From a virus, in the IMG/VR virus record IMGVR_UViG_3300013132_000033, positions 1 to 64,000 of that record: a stretch of DNA of 64,000 nucleotides; one strand, written 5' to 3'. A program made the translations under genes and the position numbers. This document shows, piece after piece, positions 11,201-23,400 of this stretch (position 1 is the stretch's first letter; the number at the start of each line of letters is the position of its first letter). The notes below the pieces were generated by a model. It was given only the letters and a program-made list of their open reading frames with translations. It was not told the origin of the DNA and did not search any database.

Positions 11201-12408
11201 GAATACCTCCACAAGAAATAAACGAAAATGATTCTGGTTATGCTGGCATGCAAACTAAACTTGATTGTGTTAGTACACCATACGGACATATTTGGGTAGA
11301 TCAAAAACGCGGTCAAATATTTAACTTTAATACTAAAATAGAAGAACTTACTAATCCTGCAAGTGGAATGTCATCTTGGTTTAAACACGAATTACCATCT
11401 AAATTAGATGCTGAATTTTATAGAGTTCATGGCATTCCGTATCCATATCATTCAGTTTATAATGGTCAATTAGGTATAGGATTAAATCTTGTTTATGATC
11501 CTAGATATAAACGATTGTTAATTACCAAAACTGATTATGGATTTAGATCTATTGGCTATCAAGGATTTAAAACAAAAGCACAATTTGATGCTGAGTATCA
11601 AGGTATATATTTTGATTTTGAAGAAGAAAAATTTAAATACAGACAATCATCTGATGTAGTATCTAGTTATTTATATGGTGTTTATCCTATAGTTAATGAA
11701 TCATGGAATTTATCATTTTCATTTGAAACTAATTCATGGGCATCATTTCATTCATATATTCCCAGAGTTTCTTTTTTTGACAGTACCCATTATTATACTT
11801 TTGAAAATAGTTTAACTGAAAGTATTGATAGTATGATATTTAATACAATATGGCGACATAGACATATTAGTAATTATCAAAAGTATTATGATATTAAACA
11901 TCAATTTGCAGTTGAATGGCAAGTATATAAACCAACTACTGAACAATTATCAACTGTACATTATGTAGGTAATACTTGGGTATGGGATGAAGTAAACTTT
12001 CAATGGATACCTTTAAATCGTACATTTGATTATGGTTTATTTTATAGTATTGATCAAAGTACTGGTAAAATACCATTAACTTTAATAGATCAAAATCAAA
12101 ATCCATATCAAAATGTAAGTTTTAACAATTCTTCAAAATATGTAATTCGCACAGATGATAATTATAAAATATCTGGTTTATATGATATGTCTACAGGAAC
12201 TCCTGTCACAATTAAACTTAAATCAAATGCTAGAACTTTTTGGGATGATATAAATGATTCAAATATAGATTTTACTAAAAGTAGTTATAACACCCAATTA
12301 TTAAAAGGTAAAGTTGTAAACTGTAGATTATACTTTTATAACTATGATGTAGACGCTAAAAAAGTTATCAATATAGTTCAAACAAATAAACTTCAATCAA
12401 TACGATGA
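8200..12408 (+). CDS. tail stabilisation / muzzle protein (crAss Tstab-like)
   Basis: 1402 aa; N-terminal GLNKD...YALNA and later 'GDEVYMFGVQFV..DGS.SPVF' and 'WASFHSY.P' motifs typical of crAss-like muzzle proteins. Confidence 0.7.
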   Translation: MSLLDKQSATQLQNGLNKDLTFQREGDVTYALNAIRDSHDGGKYDYQSEPGNEFAAVIPGSTIVGIVYGQDDEVYLFATDGNDCTIGIFRKNKYTEHVRSSFFNWSVDNPITGQSRVKNGCERLVYWCDALNNDYFYNFDKPEEFKTGNAFDVNKFKLVPSILPIKMDLLSVNNGGGLLPLGSYYFQAEILDENQNSLYTSDVSPQVVIYDNSTAEDYNRINGGLNIAQYSAESGGVPLTTKSISLKFYNLNPAFKFIRVNVFRKIAGSNQLDGHTVAELISIGNGTVNWTYRGLNTAAGDFPIDVNEKFIDNARYDSAYVMEQVQGRLLRANLKQDVRDYSEYQNYVSKITAKWVAKEVEANNIESVGNPKNPETYWVGRGFQGDEVYMFGVQFVHKDGSISPVFPLIGKTSIPSDTFLYTVVANTVTLPQFNEVWLSDVEHLGYQIGNQVPSWKFKNGAIITSSQTVTHPYSYEGDFGFYETEETYPDIRDCNNNLIWGTDADDNVITTSTKVRLFQFPDRRIVSHTSIDAKYLIPLGVKFSDITYPNSDVVGHKFVYAERTEFDKTVVDSGWAVKPEVLEIGIKLGQYRVGGSAEFTKADPFKNSTIDSTFLRYISSNVLYKQRLGAFDYYKLNRAHRFDSGLISTNGDLDYARTPLKDGGFLASVIMYMKQTNHVLTSRLNHKQLQSILVKPNTITEAQGYFPKILGEDLYTGDSVSKINYTLENSILPAQITDDWHLGNNTQYAVNNFYAYKKALVNPYSNFLVRKYKSIHHNYTTSVFAQDNVYYGGDTLITENANFRVAFFYRTAQTAGSYIMTPLFCHHYEEHDINTALRHEGTGENFKYFKMGDTDEINYNRLTYYDGTDRVLNQRNNIQTLNVETEYYAYNDDYTVDNVEKSKVPIPSSFDYCSDCLYNYPNRIIFSPKSFDEEAYDLYRISKINDYIDIPASKGKITGLKYINNYLLVHTENGLFILQPNPQSFVTDINNVYISTGDFLGIPPQEINENDSGYAGMQTKLDCVSTPYGHIWVDQKRGQIFNFNTKIEELTNPASGMSSWFKHELPSKLDAEFYRVHGIPYPYHSVYNGQLGIGLNLVYDPRYKRLLITKTDYGFRSIGYQGFKTKAQFDAEYQGIYFDFEEEKFKYRQSSDVVSSYLYGVYPIVNESWNLSFSFETNSWASFHSYIPRVSFFDSTHYYTFENSLTESIDSMIFNTIWRHRHISNYQKYYDIKHQFAVEWQVYKPTTEQLSTVHYVGNTWVWDEVNFQWIPLNRTFDYGLFYSIDQSTGKIPLTLIDQNQNPYQNVSFNNSSKYVIRTDDNYKISGLYDMSTGTPVTIKLKSNARTFWDDINDSNIDFTKSSYNTQLLKGKVVNCRLYFYNYDVDAKKVINIVQTNKLQSIR

Positions 12409-14822
12409 AAAAGCAAGAAGCAAATTTAAAAAAAGCTTTGCAATCTTTATGGGCAGAACCTACTGCAGATGTATATCCTAAAAAATATAGTACTGGTGGT
12501 CAGATTCTTTCCACAATGGCTTCATTAATTCCTGGATATGGTGCTGTTATATCACCACTTATCTCAATAGCAGATCAGTATCGAGATAAAACAATAGCTG
12601 ATAAAAAAGCTAAACAAGATATGTTAAATTCAAGACCTGTTCAAATGAATACTGATATATATGGTCAAATGGCATCAGGTGGTTATACTACATCTAAATT
12701 TAAACAATATCGTACTGGTGGTCATGCTAGTGGTAACGATCAATTAATTTCTGAAAATGGTGTGCCATCTAATAATAATGCAGTCGCTTCTGTACAGAAT
12801 AATGAAAATGCTTATACTAATAATAAACAAACTTACATTTATTCTGATGTATTAGTTAATCCTGAAACTGGAAATACATTTAATGTAGATTCTGCAAAAG
12901 CTGTTAAAAAATATAAATATGCTGATACAGATCCTGAACAAAAACGTGCATTAGATTTTACAATGAATAGGTTGTCAATGTTAAATGATACTATGCGTAA
13001 TATGAAAGATTCTGTTCAAAAAGCATTTGGTGGTCCACCGGATCCTGGTAAATCATTAATACCTACAGCTAAAATTAGTCAAGAAAGTATTTATTATCCT
13101 ATTAATATTTTTGAAAAACCTCGTGATACAACTGATCGATTGATTAGTACAATGCCTTTAGGTATAGATCCTAATGGTCTTCCATATCCTAGTATGGATG
13201 CTGATCCTAGATCTTCTTTACCTAAAACAAAATCAATAGATGAAGTAATAGCTATAGCCGCTAGTGGTACAACAAATGTTGGAGGTTGGGATGGTTCTGG
13301 TTCTAAATTCAAATCTAAAGAACGATTCAGAGAAAAAGCTGGCGGAGGACTTACTAGTGAAGATAGAGGTTCTGATAAAAAACCATATCCTTCAGTAGCA
13401 TCTAATAATTTTGCTGGAGGTAATAGGTCTTATCCTATACCAACTAAAGCAGATGCTATCGACGCTCTTAGGTTAGCTGGATTACATGGTAGGAGTGATG
13501 TACGTGCTAATGTATATGAAAAATATCCTGAACTTAAAAAAGCGTATGGTGGCAATCCATTATCTAAAATGACTAATATGGCAACAACATCTGTTGCCGA
13601 TGCGTTAGCTTTTCAAGGTCAACATAACCCTGATACTCCATTACAAGAAGCACTTGATAAAGCTGATTTATATTATCATAGTACAGATTTTAATTTATTT
13701 TCTAACGGAGAAAGAGGTTGGCAAATCCCACCTGGTATATCAACATTTCCATTAATACAACCTTGGTCAAACGTAATAACATATGGTTCAGATAATAATC
13801 AATATAAATATCAGCCTCCAGCAACGCCTTCAGCAACACAACCTGCAACACCAGTAGCAAATGTTACAACTCCAACAGTAGCTCCAACAACAAGTACAAA
13901 GACACCTGTTCTTAGTAAATCAGCTATGCCAAAATATGACGAGATATCTCCTGAAGATGCATTAAATGTAGATTTAACTAAAGAGCTAGGTTATGCTACA
14001 GTATTAGATAATCCTGTATCTGATAGATCTATTACAATGGATGAACGAGCAGGTATGGTAACTAATCCATATAAAAATGATAATGCTAAAGTTAACACGC
14101 CTTATACAGCACCGCCGGATAAAAAAAATCCGTTTAATTACAATGCTGTAGCTATGGGTTTAAAAGCTGTAGCATTAGGTAAATCAGTAGCAGATGCTTT
14201 AGAAAAACCTGTTGTAGAAAAACCAATGTTTACAGATTATAATGCTTCTGATAGACAAATGTATGGTACTAATGTAGATTATACTCAAGCACGTCAAGAT
14301 GCTATGGCAGCATCTAATTTAGCAGCTAATGTTAATAGAGCAGCTTCTTCAGGGTTTAATCAATATCAAGGAAGAATGCAATCTACATATGGCAACTTGG
14401 CAGATCAATTAGGTCAAATTAGTATGAATGAAAATCTGCAACGTAATCAACAAGCAATGCAACGTGGACAATATGAAACTGCTAAAGCAATAGATGTTAA
14501 AAATACTATGTATCAAAATAGGATTGATAACATGCAAAATATGGCTAATGCTAAACTTGCAGATCAAAAGTTATTTTCTGAACTTAGTCAAATTGGTACA
14601 GAGTTTAATCAATATCAAGGTTATAAAGAAATGTTGCAGAATAATAAAGAACTTAGTCAAGCAACTATTAATCAAGGTTTAGCTTTGATTGGTTCCAATT
14701 ATGCTAATTTTGGATTTACAAAAGATTTTATAGATAAAATTAAAAGTGGTCAAGCTACTCAAAACGAATTAATTCAGTTTATAGCAACTACTGATAAAGT
14801 TAAACAAAATCAATCTGGATAA
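12405..14822 (+). CDS. putative virion cargo (ejection) protein
   Basis: 805 aa; low-complexity P/T/A segments, Q/N-rich helical C-terminus, repeated KxxGG motifs; follows the muzzle gene. Confidence 0.55.
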   Translation: MKKQEANLKKALQSLWAEPTADVYPKKYSTGGQILSTMASLIPGYGAVISPLISIADQYRDKTIADKKAKQDMLNSRPVQMNTDIYGQMASGGYTTSKFKQYRTGGHASGNDQLISENGVPSNNNAVASVQNNENAYTNNKQTYIYSDVLVNPETGNTFNVDSAKAVKKYKYADTDPEQKRALDFTMNRLSMLNDTMRNMKDSVQKAFGGPPDPGKSLIPTAKISQESIYYPINIFEKPRDTTDRLISTMPLGIDPNGLPYPSMDADPRSSLPKTKSIDEVIAIAASGTTNVGGWDGSGSKFKSKERFREKAGGGLTSEDRGSDKKPYPSVASNNFAGGNRSYPIPTKADAIDALRLAGLHGRSDVRANVYEKYPELKKAYGGNPLSKMTNMATTSVADALAFQGQHNPDTPLQEALDKADLYYHSTDFNLFSNGERGWQIPPGISTFPLIQPWSNVITYGSDNNQYKYQPPATPSATQPATPVANVTTPTVAPTTSTKTPVLSKSAMPKYDEISPEDALNVDLTKELGYATVLDNPVSDRSITMDERAGMVTNPYKNDNAKVNTPYTAPPDKKNPFNYNAVAMGLKAVALGKSVADALEKPVVEKPMFTDYNASDRQMYGTNVDYTQARQDAMAASNLAANVNRAASSGFNQYQGRMQSTYGNLADQLGQISMNENLQRNQQAMQRGQYETAKAIDVKNTMYQNRIDNMQNMANAKLADQKLFSELSQIGTEFNQYQGYKEMLQNNKELSQATINQGLALIGSNYANFGFTKDFIDKIKSGQATQNELIQFIATTDKVKQNQSG

Positions 14823-14824
14823 TT

Positions 14825-17488
14825 ATGGCTATAAGTAGATTTGATAAATTTACACCACGCGATTATAATATGGAGTGGTACATGCCAAAAGAGTTCATAC
14901 CGGACTTTGAAGCATGGAATACAATGTTAGCTGGTAAACAATCTAAATATGATACTGCTGTTGCACTATCTCAAAAGTTACCTAAACATTTAGCACATCG
15001 TGTAGACCTAGCTGGTCAATATAAACAAAAAACTGATCAAGCTATTAATGATATTTCATCAGCTTATACTAAAGATATTTCTGCAGGAGATAGAATGCTT
15101 CGTGATTATGGGTTAAATATGAATCGAGATTGGCAAGCTGGAGGTTTGGCATATGAGTTAGAACAAGAAGCTGCTGAGTATGCTAAAGCTCAAGAAGAAA
15201 TATCAAAATATTATAAAGACGCTAAAGCTGAACATAGTGCTAATAAAAACTTGGCAATGTATAAATTGCAAGAAGCTGCTAAAAAAGATTTTGGTTACGA
15301 TCCTAATACAGGATTATATACACGAGCAAGTATTTCAGCAGATACTACATCATTTGTAGATATTATGGAAGAAGCTCAGAAAGTTATAAAAGAAATTAAA
15401 GATTCCGGTAATACAACTATTACAAATTTAAGTCCTGCATGGTTATTGAAAATTAAACAAGAAGGTGTAAGTCCAGAAACTATTAAAGGTGTTGCTCAAG
15501 AATTATTAAAACAACCAAAGTATGCTCAACAATTAGCTATTGAACAATGGGATAAAAAACGTAGATATACACCGGACCAGTTAACTGAAATGGAAACTAA
15601 TTATAGAAAAAATGCTAATGATCAATTAACGACAGAAGGTGATGAGTTACTTAAAACTACAAAGAATAAAAAAGATGCTATAGCTATTCAAGAGATGTTA
15701 ACTAAAGAAGGTTTTTATACAGCTACTATTGATGGTAAATTTGGAAATCAAAGTAAAAAAGCTTTTAACGAATGGCTACAAAGTAAACGTGATAGTATTA
15801 ATGAAGTAGATGCTGATACTATTATTAGTAAACAATTAATTAATAGTTACGTAGATCCTTTAGTTAAGACATATACTAGAATGAACATAGATAAAACTCC
15901 TATATTTAATAAACAATGGGGAGTTGAAAGACAGATTCAAGGTCAAGCTCAAAACAATGCTATATTTGCACAAACACTAATGCGTCCTGAACCTGGTGAA
16001 TATTTGGTAAGTCCCGGTGCTGCAAGACCTATGGATAAAATAGATAAAATGACAGCTACTGCAAAAACTACTTATGAAGATGCTAAAAAAACATTTAATA
16101 TGGTAGTTAGTAAATCTCCTATAGCCGGTCAAAATTATGCTCCTCATGAAATTAATATGATTACAATGGCTAGAATGGAATCTAAAACTCCTCAAGAATT
16201 TCAAAGTAAATTAGCATCGTACGGAGTTATGGTTCCAAATGTTCAAGCAACATATGATTGGTATTCAAGTCCTGAAGCTGTAAATTTAAATACTGCTTAT
16301 AAAGCAATGTCTTCTGCAGGACATCAGTTACAAACTTATACTAACTCTCAAGAAGCAATGTTAAATCAGTTTATTAAAACTGAAGAAGGTAAAAAATATT
16401 TTAATAATTTAAAAAAGAAAAAAGATTTTAGTACACTTAGTGATGCAGATCTTATTAAAATGATTGCTACAAATAATTTAAAAGCAAATGATAATACAGG
16501 TGGTGTAAGATATATTGCTACACCTTCTGGTATGATACCAACTCAAAGTGATATATCAGGCGCAGTAAGTGATTTAAAAAGAGGAATTGATAAATGGGTG
16601 CAAAACAATCCCGATGCGTTACCTGTATCTTTACGTGGGTATGCTATAACTGCAACTAAAGGTGTAGGTGCAACATTAACTAAAGATATTATAACAGATT
16701 TACAATCAGGTAATACTGCAGGATATTCTTACGGAGATATGCCGTTACAATTTACAACTGCTGATGGTAAAAAAATAAATACTTCTGATTTAGATGCTAA
16801 TAGTTTAAATGTTAGAATAACTAGTGATGCTAAAGGTGTAACATATTATATCAGTGGTAAAGATAATGATAAAAATTCTGTTACAGGTGTTGCAACTGCA
16901 CCAGTTCAACATAATGGTAGACTAGCCAATATTTCAAAAGATATGTTATTAAATGCTAAACAAACTGGAGATAAGTATTTAGAAAACTTAGCGGCTCAAA
17001 TTTATAATAATACTAAAGGTGATAATGCTTCAAGATATGCTTCAGAAAATATGTTAATACTTGATAATAAAAATTCAGGTAGTTTAAATGAAGTTATCAA
17101 CCCTGCTGTTAAAGATCGAATAGTTACGTTTGGAGGAAATCCAAATGTAAAAGGTCGTAAGGTTGGTGGTGAGATAAGTATGAATGGTGAAACTTTTCAA
17201 AAATATAAAATTAAAAATGAAGTTGGTAAAGATGTATTTATGATGACGCGTCAAGTTGCAGATAAAAATGGTAATATATATTACGCACCTATATTAAATG
17301 AAAGTGGAGGTTTGTATTATGATAACTCTTCTGATGCAGAAATGCCATTAATAAAAAGTGAAATGATGAGTCAATTAAATGTTGAATATAAAACTGGTAG
17401 TTTTAAAACACCAAATATGACTGAACAACAAGCTGCAGCTTTATTAGCGCATATGAATTCAAATGATATTCTTAACCAAAATGATTAA
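14825..17488 (+). CDS. putative virion cargo protein with internal peptidoglycan-binding domain
   Basis: 887 aa; IQEMLTKEGFYTATIDGKFGNQSKKAF matches the PG_binding_1 consensus (LQxxL...G..DGxFGxxT..A). Confidence 0.6.
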   Translation: MAISRFDKFTPRDYNMEWYMPKEFIPDFEAWNTMLAGKQSKYDTAVALSQKLPKHLAHRVDLAGQYKQKTDQAINDISSAYTKDISAGDRMLRDYGLNMNRDWQAGGLAYELEQEAAEYAKAQEEISKYYKDAKAEHSANKNLAMYKLQEAAKKDFGYDPNTGLYTRASISADTTSFVDIMEEAQKVIKEIKDSGNTTITNLSPAWLLKIKQEGVSPETIKGVAQELLKQPKYAQQLAIEQWDKKRRYTPDQLTEMETNYRKNANDQLTTEGDELLKTTKNKKDAIAIQEMLTKEGFYTATIDGKFGNQSKKAFNEWLQSKRDSINEVDADTIISKQLINSYVDPLVKTYTRMNIDKTPIFNKQWGVERQIQGQAQNNAIFAQTLMRPEPGEYLVSPGAARPMDKIDKMTATAKTTYEDAKKTFNMVVSKSPIAGQNYAPHEINMITMARMESKTPQEFQSKLASYGVMVPNVQATYDWYSSPEAVNLNTAYKAMSSAGHQLQTYTNSQEAMLNQFIKTEEGKKYFNNLKKKKDFSTLSDADLIKMIATNNLKANDNTGGVRYIATPSGMIPTQSDISGAVSDLKRGIDKWVQNNPDALPVSLRGYAITATKGVGATLTKDIITDLQSGNTAGYSYGDMPLQFTTADGKKINTSDLDANSLNVRITSDAKGVTYYISGKDNDKNSVTGVATAPVQHNGRLANISKDMLLNAKQTGDKYLENLAAQIYNNTKGDNASRYASENMLILDNKNSGSLNEVINPAVKDRIVTFGGNPNVKGRKVGGEISMNGETFQKYKIKNEVGKDVFMMTRQVADKNGNIYYAPILNESGGLYYDNSSDAEMPLIKSEMMSQLNVEYKTGSFKTPNMTEQQAAALLAHMNSNDILNQND

Positions 17489-17491
17489 TAT

Positions 17492-20400
17492 ATGGCTAAA
17501 GTAGTAGGTACTGCTGCAGGAACATCTTATGATCCATTAGCAGCTTCACAACAAGAATTACAAAATTTAGGGTTAGCTCCTACAAAACATAATACTGAAT
17601 TTTCATTGACATCTGAAACAACAGGTTTAAATGAATTTAATAATATTGATTTAGGTCAATACGATAAACCACCATCTTTATATAGTAACGATGCTCAAGC
17701 GTCTAGTATATTAAATGAAATGCGTGCTCAAAATCAAGGTGCTGGAGAACAATTTTTAAAAGGTGTAGGTCGTGTTGCAAGTACAGCAATAACAGAATTA
17801 TTTAAAGTTCCTGGTTATTTAGGTGGAGCTTTAGGCTCTAGTTTAATGGAAGGAGACTTTATTGAAAATACTGTAGATAATGCTTGGGTAAATGCTTTTC
17901 AAAGTTTAGATGAAAACATTAAAGAAAGTATTCCAATATATCTTACAAAAGAAGTTGAAGAAGGTGGTATAGGTAGAAAGCTTATGTCATCTGCATGGTG
18001 GTCTACTACTGGTGCAGACGGGATAGGCTTTTTACTATCCATGTATGCTCCGGGTAAAGTAATTGGTGCTTTAGGATCAGGATTAAAATTAGCTAGAGGT
18101 GTTGAAGCCATTGCTAATAGTTCTAAACTAGGATCTAAACTTGCAAGACTTTCTGGATTAGTAGATAATGCTGCAACATTTACAGAACAAGGTTTAAAAG
18201 TAACTGGTAAAGGTGTAGGTAAATTAGAATCGTTAGCTACTGTAGCTACTAATACTTTTGTAGAATCTGCTGCTGAAGCTGCTAATACATTTGATAATGT
18301 AAAAGAAGCTTACATGCGCAACAATCCTAATGCTACTGAAGAAGAAGCTAAGAAAGTTGCTGGAGATCAAGCTGCTGCTGTAATGAAAGCAAATATTGCA
18401 GTATTAGCAATATCTAATTATTTTGATGAACTTACTTTATTTAACGGATTTGGTAAAGGAGATGCAGCTATTAAAAATAGTATATTTGGTAAACTTACTA
18501 AAGATGGTATAATTGATTTTACAGATTTGAGTAAGATTGAAAAATACGGATTTAGACAATGGGCATCTAAAGAATTACCAGCTAAAGTAGCAGCATCTTT
18601 TGCTAAAGAAGGTTTCTTTGAAGAAGGACTTCAAACTAAAATTCAACAACATTATGAAAAGAAAGCTGCTGGAGAAACTAGTGAAAATTTCTTTGATGAT
18701 GTAATTGGTAATTATTTCCATTCTTTATTAAGTGATATTGAAATGCAAGAAGCAGTTGTTCTTGGGGGTATACTTGGAGGAGGTGCTGGTGTTATAGGTT
18801 CTTATTCAGATATGAAAAATACTGAGAGATTTCTCAGAGGTGGTGAAGCTTATACACCTAACTTCTTTGGTAAAATGTTAGGTCGTAAACCTAGAGAAGC
18901 TACAAAAGGATTTTTAGATTTAGCTAATGAAAACTTTATACAATCCACAAGAAGTTTAAAAGATATAGCTGAACTTGAAGATGATGGCAGGATTAAATTT
19001 CAAACTAAACAAAAAGAAATAATAGATCCTGTTACTGGTAAAACAGTAATTCAAGATGTTCAAGTACCAGTAATTAATCAAGATAAACTTAAAAACTTAA
19101 TGGAAGAGAAAAGTAGTATGTTACAATTAGTAACTCTACATAGTATTCTTTCACAAGCTGGTGAAGTTGAACAAGCTGAAGTATATAAACAATTAATTGA
19201 CTACGCAAGATTTACACCGTTTATTCAACAAGAAGGTGGGTATGAAGTATTAGAAGCTTTTATTAAATCAGGTAAATTAACTGAATTAGAAGCTAATCAA
19301 ATATTAGAAAATGAAAATAGAACAATAACTGATGCTGAAAAACAAGATATAACTAATGGTATGTTAAAGCAAGCTAAGTTATTTAAAGATGTTTATGATG
19401 AAGTTAACAGAACATTTATTCCTGAAAAGTATGTTAAACCTGATGATAAAGAACAATATAATGCCTGGAAACAAACTGCATTTAATCGTAAACTACAAAA
19501 CTTGTTAGCGTCAAAGAACTTGACACAACAAATGTTTAATATTAAAAATAAGTATGGAGATTTTGAATTAACAGAAGATGATTATAATACATTAACTCCA
19601 GACGAAGCTTTAAATAAAAAACGTTCTAAAGATGTTTATGATAATCTTGCTAAACAATGGCAAGATGCTAAAGAAACTTATTTAAAACTTTCTGATGCAA
19701 ATGGTTTACGAAATGATTACGAAGAATTTAAAAAAGAGAAAGAAGAAGAGTTAACAAAAGTAGGTAAAGAGTTAAAAGACTCTACACAAGAAGCTTTAGA
19801 TGATAATACAGCTACAAGTAAATTTAAAGAAACGCTTCAATATTCTGGTTATAATGTAACAGATTCTACTAATGGTTTTAATGCTGCTGGCTTAGATGGT
19901 AATCAAATTGTACTAGAAAGAAATAGCGATAATAAAAATGTTATATTAACACCTATTAATAATAATGGTGTTATTGATTATGTGATGGTAAATGATGACG
20001 GCACATCAACATTAGTAACTAAAAATGGTATATTTAGTAAATCATTTTTAGATAGCATGTCTGTTGTAATTGCAGATAATGCTAAAGAACAAATAGAAAA
20101 AGCTAAAATACAACAGTTAAAAAATGAAAAACTTAGGACATTAGAACTGTTACAAGAATTTCAAAAACAAAATTACAAAGAAGGTAAAGAAAGATTACAA
20201 GAATTAGATAAATTGTTTGCTAGTACTTATGAAGAAATTTCAAAATATAACGATCAGTTAAACGATGCTGTAAATGGTGTTAATGCAAGAAAAGCTGGAA
20301 ATAGTACCGCTACTAATCAAGCAGTAGATAGAGCAGTAATTGAAGGACTTCTTAATCAAGCTTTTGAACGATATAATGCTTTAAATAATGAAAGACAATT

Positions 20401-23400
20401 TTTAGTTACTACATTAGCTAATATTACAAAACTTACAGTAGAATATGAAAATATTGCAAATAACATTCGTGAAAATCCTGAATACGATTTAGAAAAAGAA
20501 TTAAAAGATATAACTAAAAATATTGAAGAGTTTACAAAAGACGGTAAAGAATTATTAGATGGGATTAATCTTATTGAAACACAAACAGAAGCTCTTGAAA
20601 AACATATTGGTTTTTTAAATTTTACCTTAGATGCTTTTAAGGGTTTTTCAGGATTAATGAAAGTTAACCGTAAAGAATGGAAAAAAGCTTTTGCAGAAAT
20701 ATCTAAAATTATTCAAGATAAAACTATACTTGAAGATCTTTCAATGGTTAAAAATCAAATTGATAAAAATAGAAATAATGTTTCAATATATAATAAATAT
20801 AGTAAAATAATAACAGATATTAATACTTTAAATCCTGATTTATTACCTTTATTTATTAATAAGTTAAAAGAATATGAAATATCAGATGACGAATTAATTA
20901 ACACATATGGTTTAGGTGCTGAAACATTAGATTTAATTAACAATAAAATTTTATTATCAAATCAAAGAGTAATAGAATTACGTCAAGCATTAACTAAACT
21001 TTTAAATACTAATTTTACAGATCTTAAAGAATATATTGCATTAGCATCATTAGTTTCACAAAAGTTATTTACTTTATATTACAATGCAGAACATGATTTT
21101 ATAAGCAATAGTATTGATAGATCTCAACAAGCTCCATTAATTAGTACTGAAGTTAATATTGTACCAGATGTAAATGATATATTTGCGCAAGGTAATTTAC
21201 CTGAAACTATGTATAGTACTACAGGAGTATCTGTTAAATATGATGACAATGGTAATGACCAAATTACTGCAGAAGGTTTTCCAGCGTTAACTGATTTTAA
21301 ACATCAACGAAATTGGTTTTATACTATTGATAAATTAGCTAATAGTATTACTGATTATCAATTAAAAGTTGTAAAAGCTGTTTGGGATAGTAATGATGAA
21401 ATTCAAAGAGTACTTCAAGAAAATAATCCTAATCCACAAAATAGAGGCGATAATGATTTATTTGTAGTACTAGTAGATAAAGACGGTAAATATGTACGTA
21501 TTGATGATGATAATAATATAGGTGATAAAGGAAGTCCTGTATTTACATCTATCAGCAGGCCTGAAAGAATGTTTCCTCCAGGTAGTAAAGCTAAGGTACA
21601 AACTAGATATTTATTAAATTTTTATTTAAAATCTAAAGGTGTTAATCGTATTAGATATGATTCAGATTTAGCTGATAAAGCCGTTAATGTACAATTATCT
21701 GAAATATTTAATTCTGCAGAATTAAAACAGTTAGGTTTAGATGTTGATAATACTTTAAATGATTTATTAAATGCATCTATTATACTAGCTGAAAAAACTT
21801 ATAAAGATCAGTATGAAACATATAGTAAAAAACAACCTACTTTACAAATTCAAGGTATAAGTAAAGGATATCGTGTTTATCAACTTGATGAAAACGGTGT
21901 AAAAAAACAATTTAAACCTTTAGATAATATTTCAGAAATATCTTTAAAGTCTGATAATTTTACATCTGGTCAATTACAAGGAGGTAGATTAGCAATAGCT
22001 ACAGAAGCTTCTGTAAAAGGCCCAAATAACACTCGTATAAAATTACCTCCGGGTACAGTTTATTTAACGTTAACTAATAATGAAGTTATACCATTAACTC
22101 AACGTAAAATAAATGATAATGAAGCTAAAGTAATAATGTATTTATTATCTCAATCTGCTGGTAAATCTTTAAAAGAATTTAAAGTAGATATAAAAAATTC
22201 AGATGGCTCCGATTTTAATTACACTATTGGTACTAATACACTAAGTTCTCCATTTAATGTATTTTATACTAAAGCATTTAATGCACCTTCATTTTCATTA
22301 TTAAATACATTTATACATTACGGATTAAAACCTAAAGGTCAATCACCTAATGGTCAATTATATATTAATTCGAATAAAATATATTATACTACTTTTGCAG
22401 GAGAAAATAAAGTTTTAGAAATTAGTGATTTAACTAAAGCATTAACTTTAGACAATCCTCAAGAATTTAATTCAGATGTACAAGAGTTTTATGACTTTTT
22501 ATTAAGTAAAAATTTTAACATTGATTCTTCACTTTTAAACAATAACGGTAAGTTTGCTTACCCAACTTATACAAAAAATGGTTTATCTTTTGACACTTCT
22601 CAAACGTATTATTCCTTTCTTTTTGACAACGTTGTTACCACAACTATTACAAAGAAAGAAGGATACCCAAATAGACTCCAAAGAAACCTTAGTTTCGGAA
22701 ACCAATCCAACCAAAATAAAAATCGTAGTAAAAAACCGGCGGCAAGTGCGCAAACAAACCCGACAACAAAACAAGCGCCAACGCCCCCTGTAATATCTGT
22801 AGAAAATCAACCAACGTCTTTAGAAGGTAGTAAACCTGTTGATAAGAAAGCTGATATAAAAAAAGATAGATATTATAATAGTCCAGCTAACCGAATGGTT
22901 AGAGTACAAAAAGAATCTCAAAATACTAATGTAACTCAAGAAGAAATAGATGAAATAGAAGCTGTTATAGAAAAGGCTAAAGAACTTGGATGGGATAAAA
23001 ATAGATTGTTTACACAGCTTTCAAAAATGGGTTATAGTTATGCGTTGGGAGTAAATCCTGAAGCTTTTAGAAACTATCTTGAAGATAGACTTTCTGGTAA
23101 GACAAATATTAAAGTAACTTCCGAGTATAACTTTTTTGAACAACTTGATGCAGAACTAGCTGCTTTAGAAAATAGTACATCTCAATCTCAACCTGTAACA
23201 TCTGTAGTAAATAAACCGTTAACAGATGAATCAACAATTGATATTCATATTAATGGTTTGTTTTATGGCGGATTTATGCCCGATAATGCTTATAGATTTA
23301 AAGGATCTAGTGTAACATCTGCTGAAAAAATTCAAGCTAATGTAAACAGAGATTTAAGATCTCATTTTAGTTTTCAAAATTTTAATGGACCACCAGCTAA

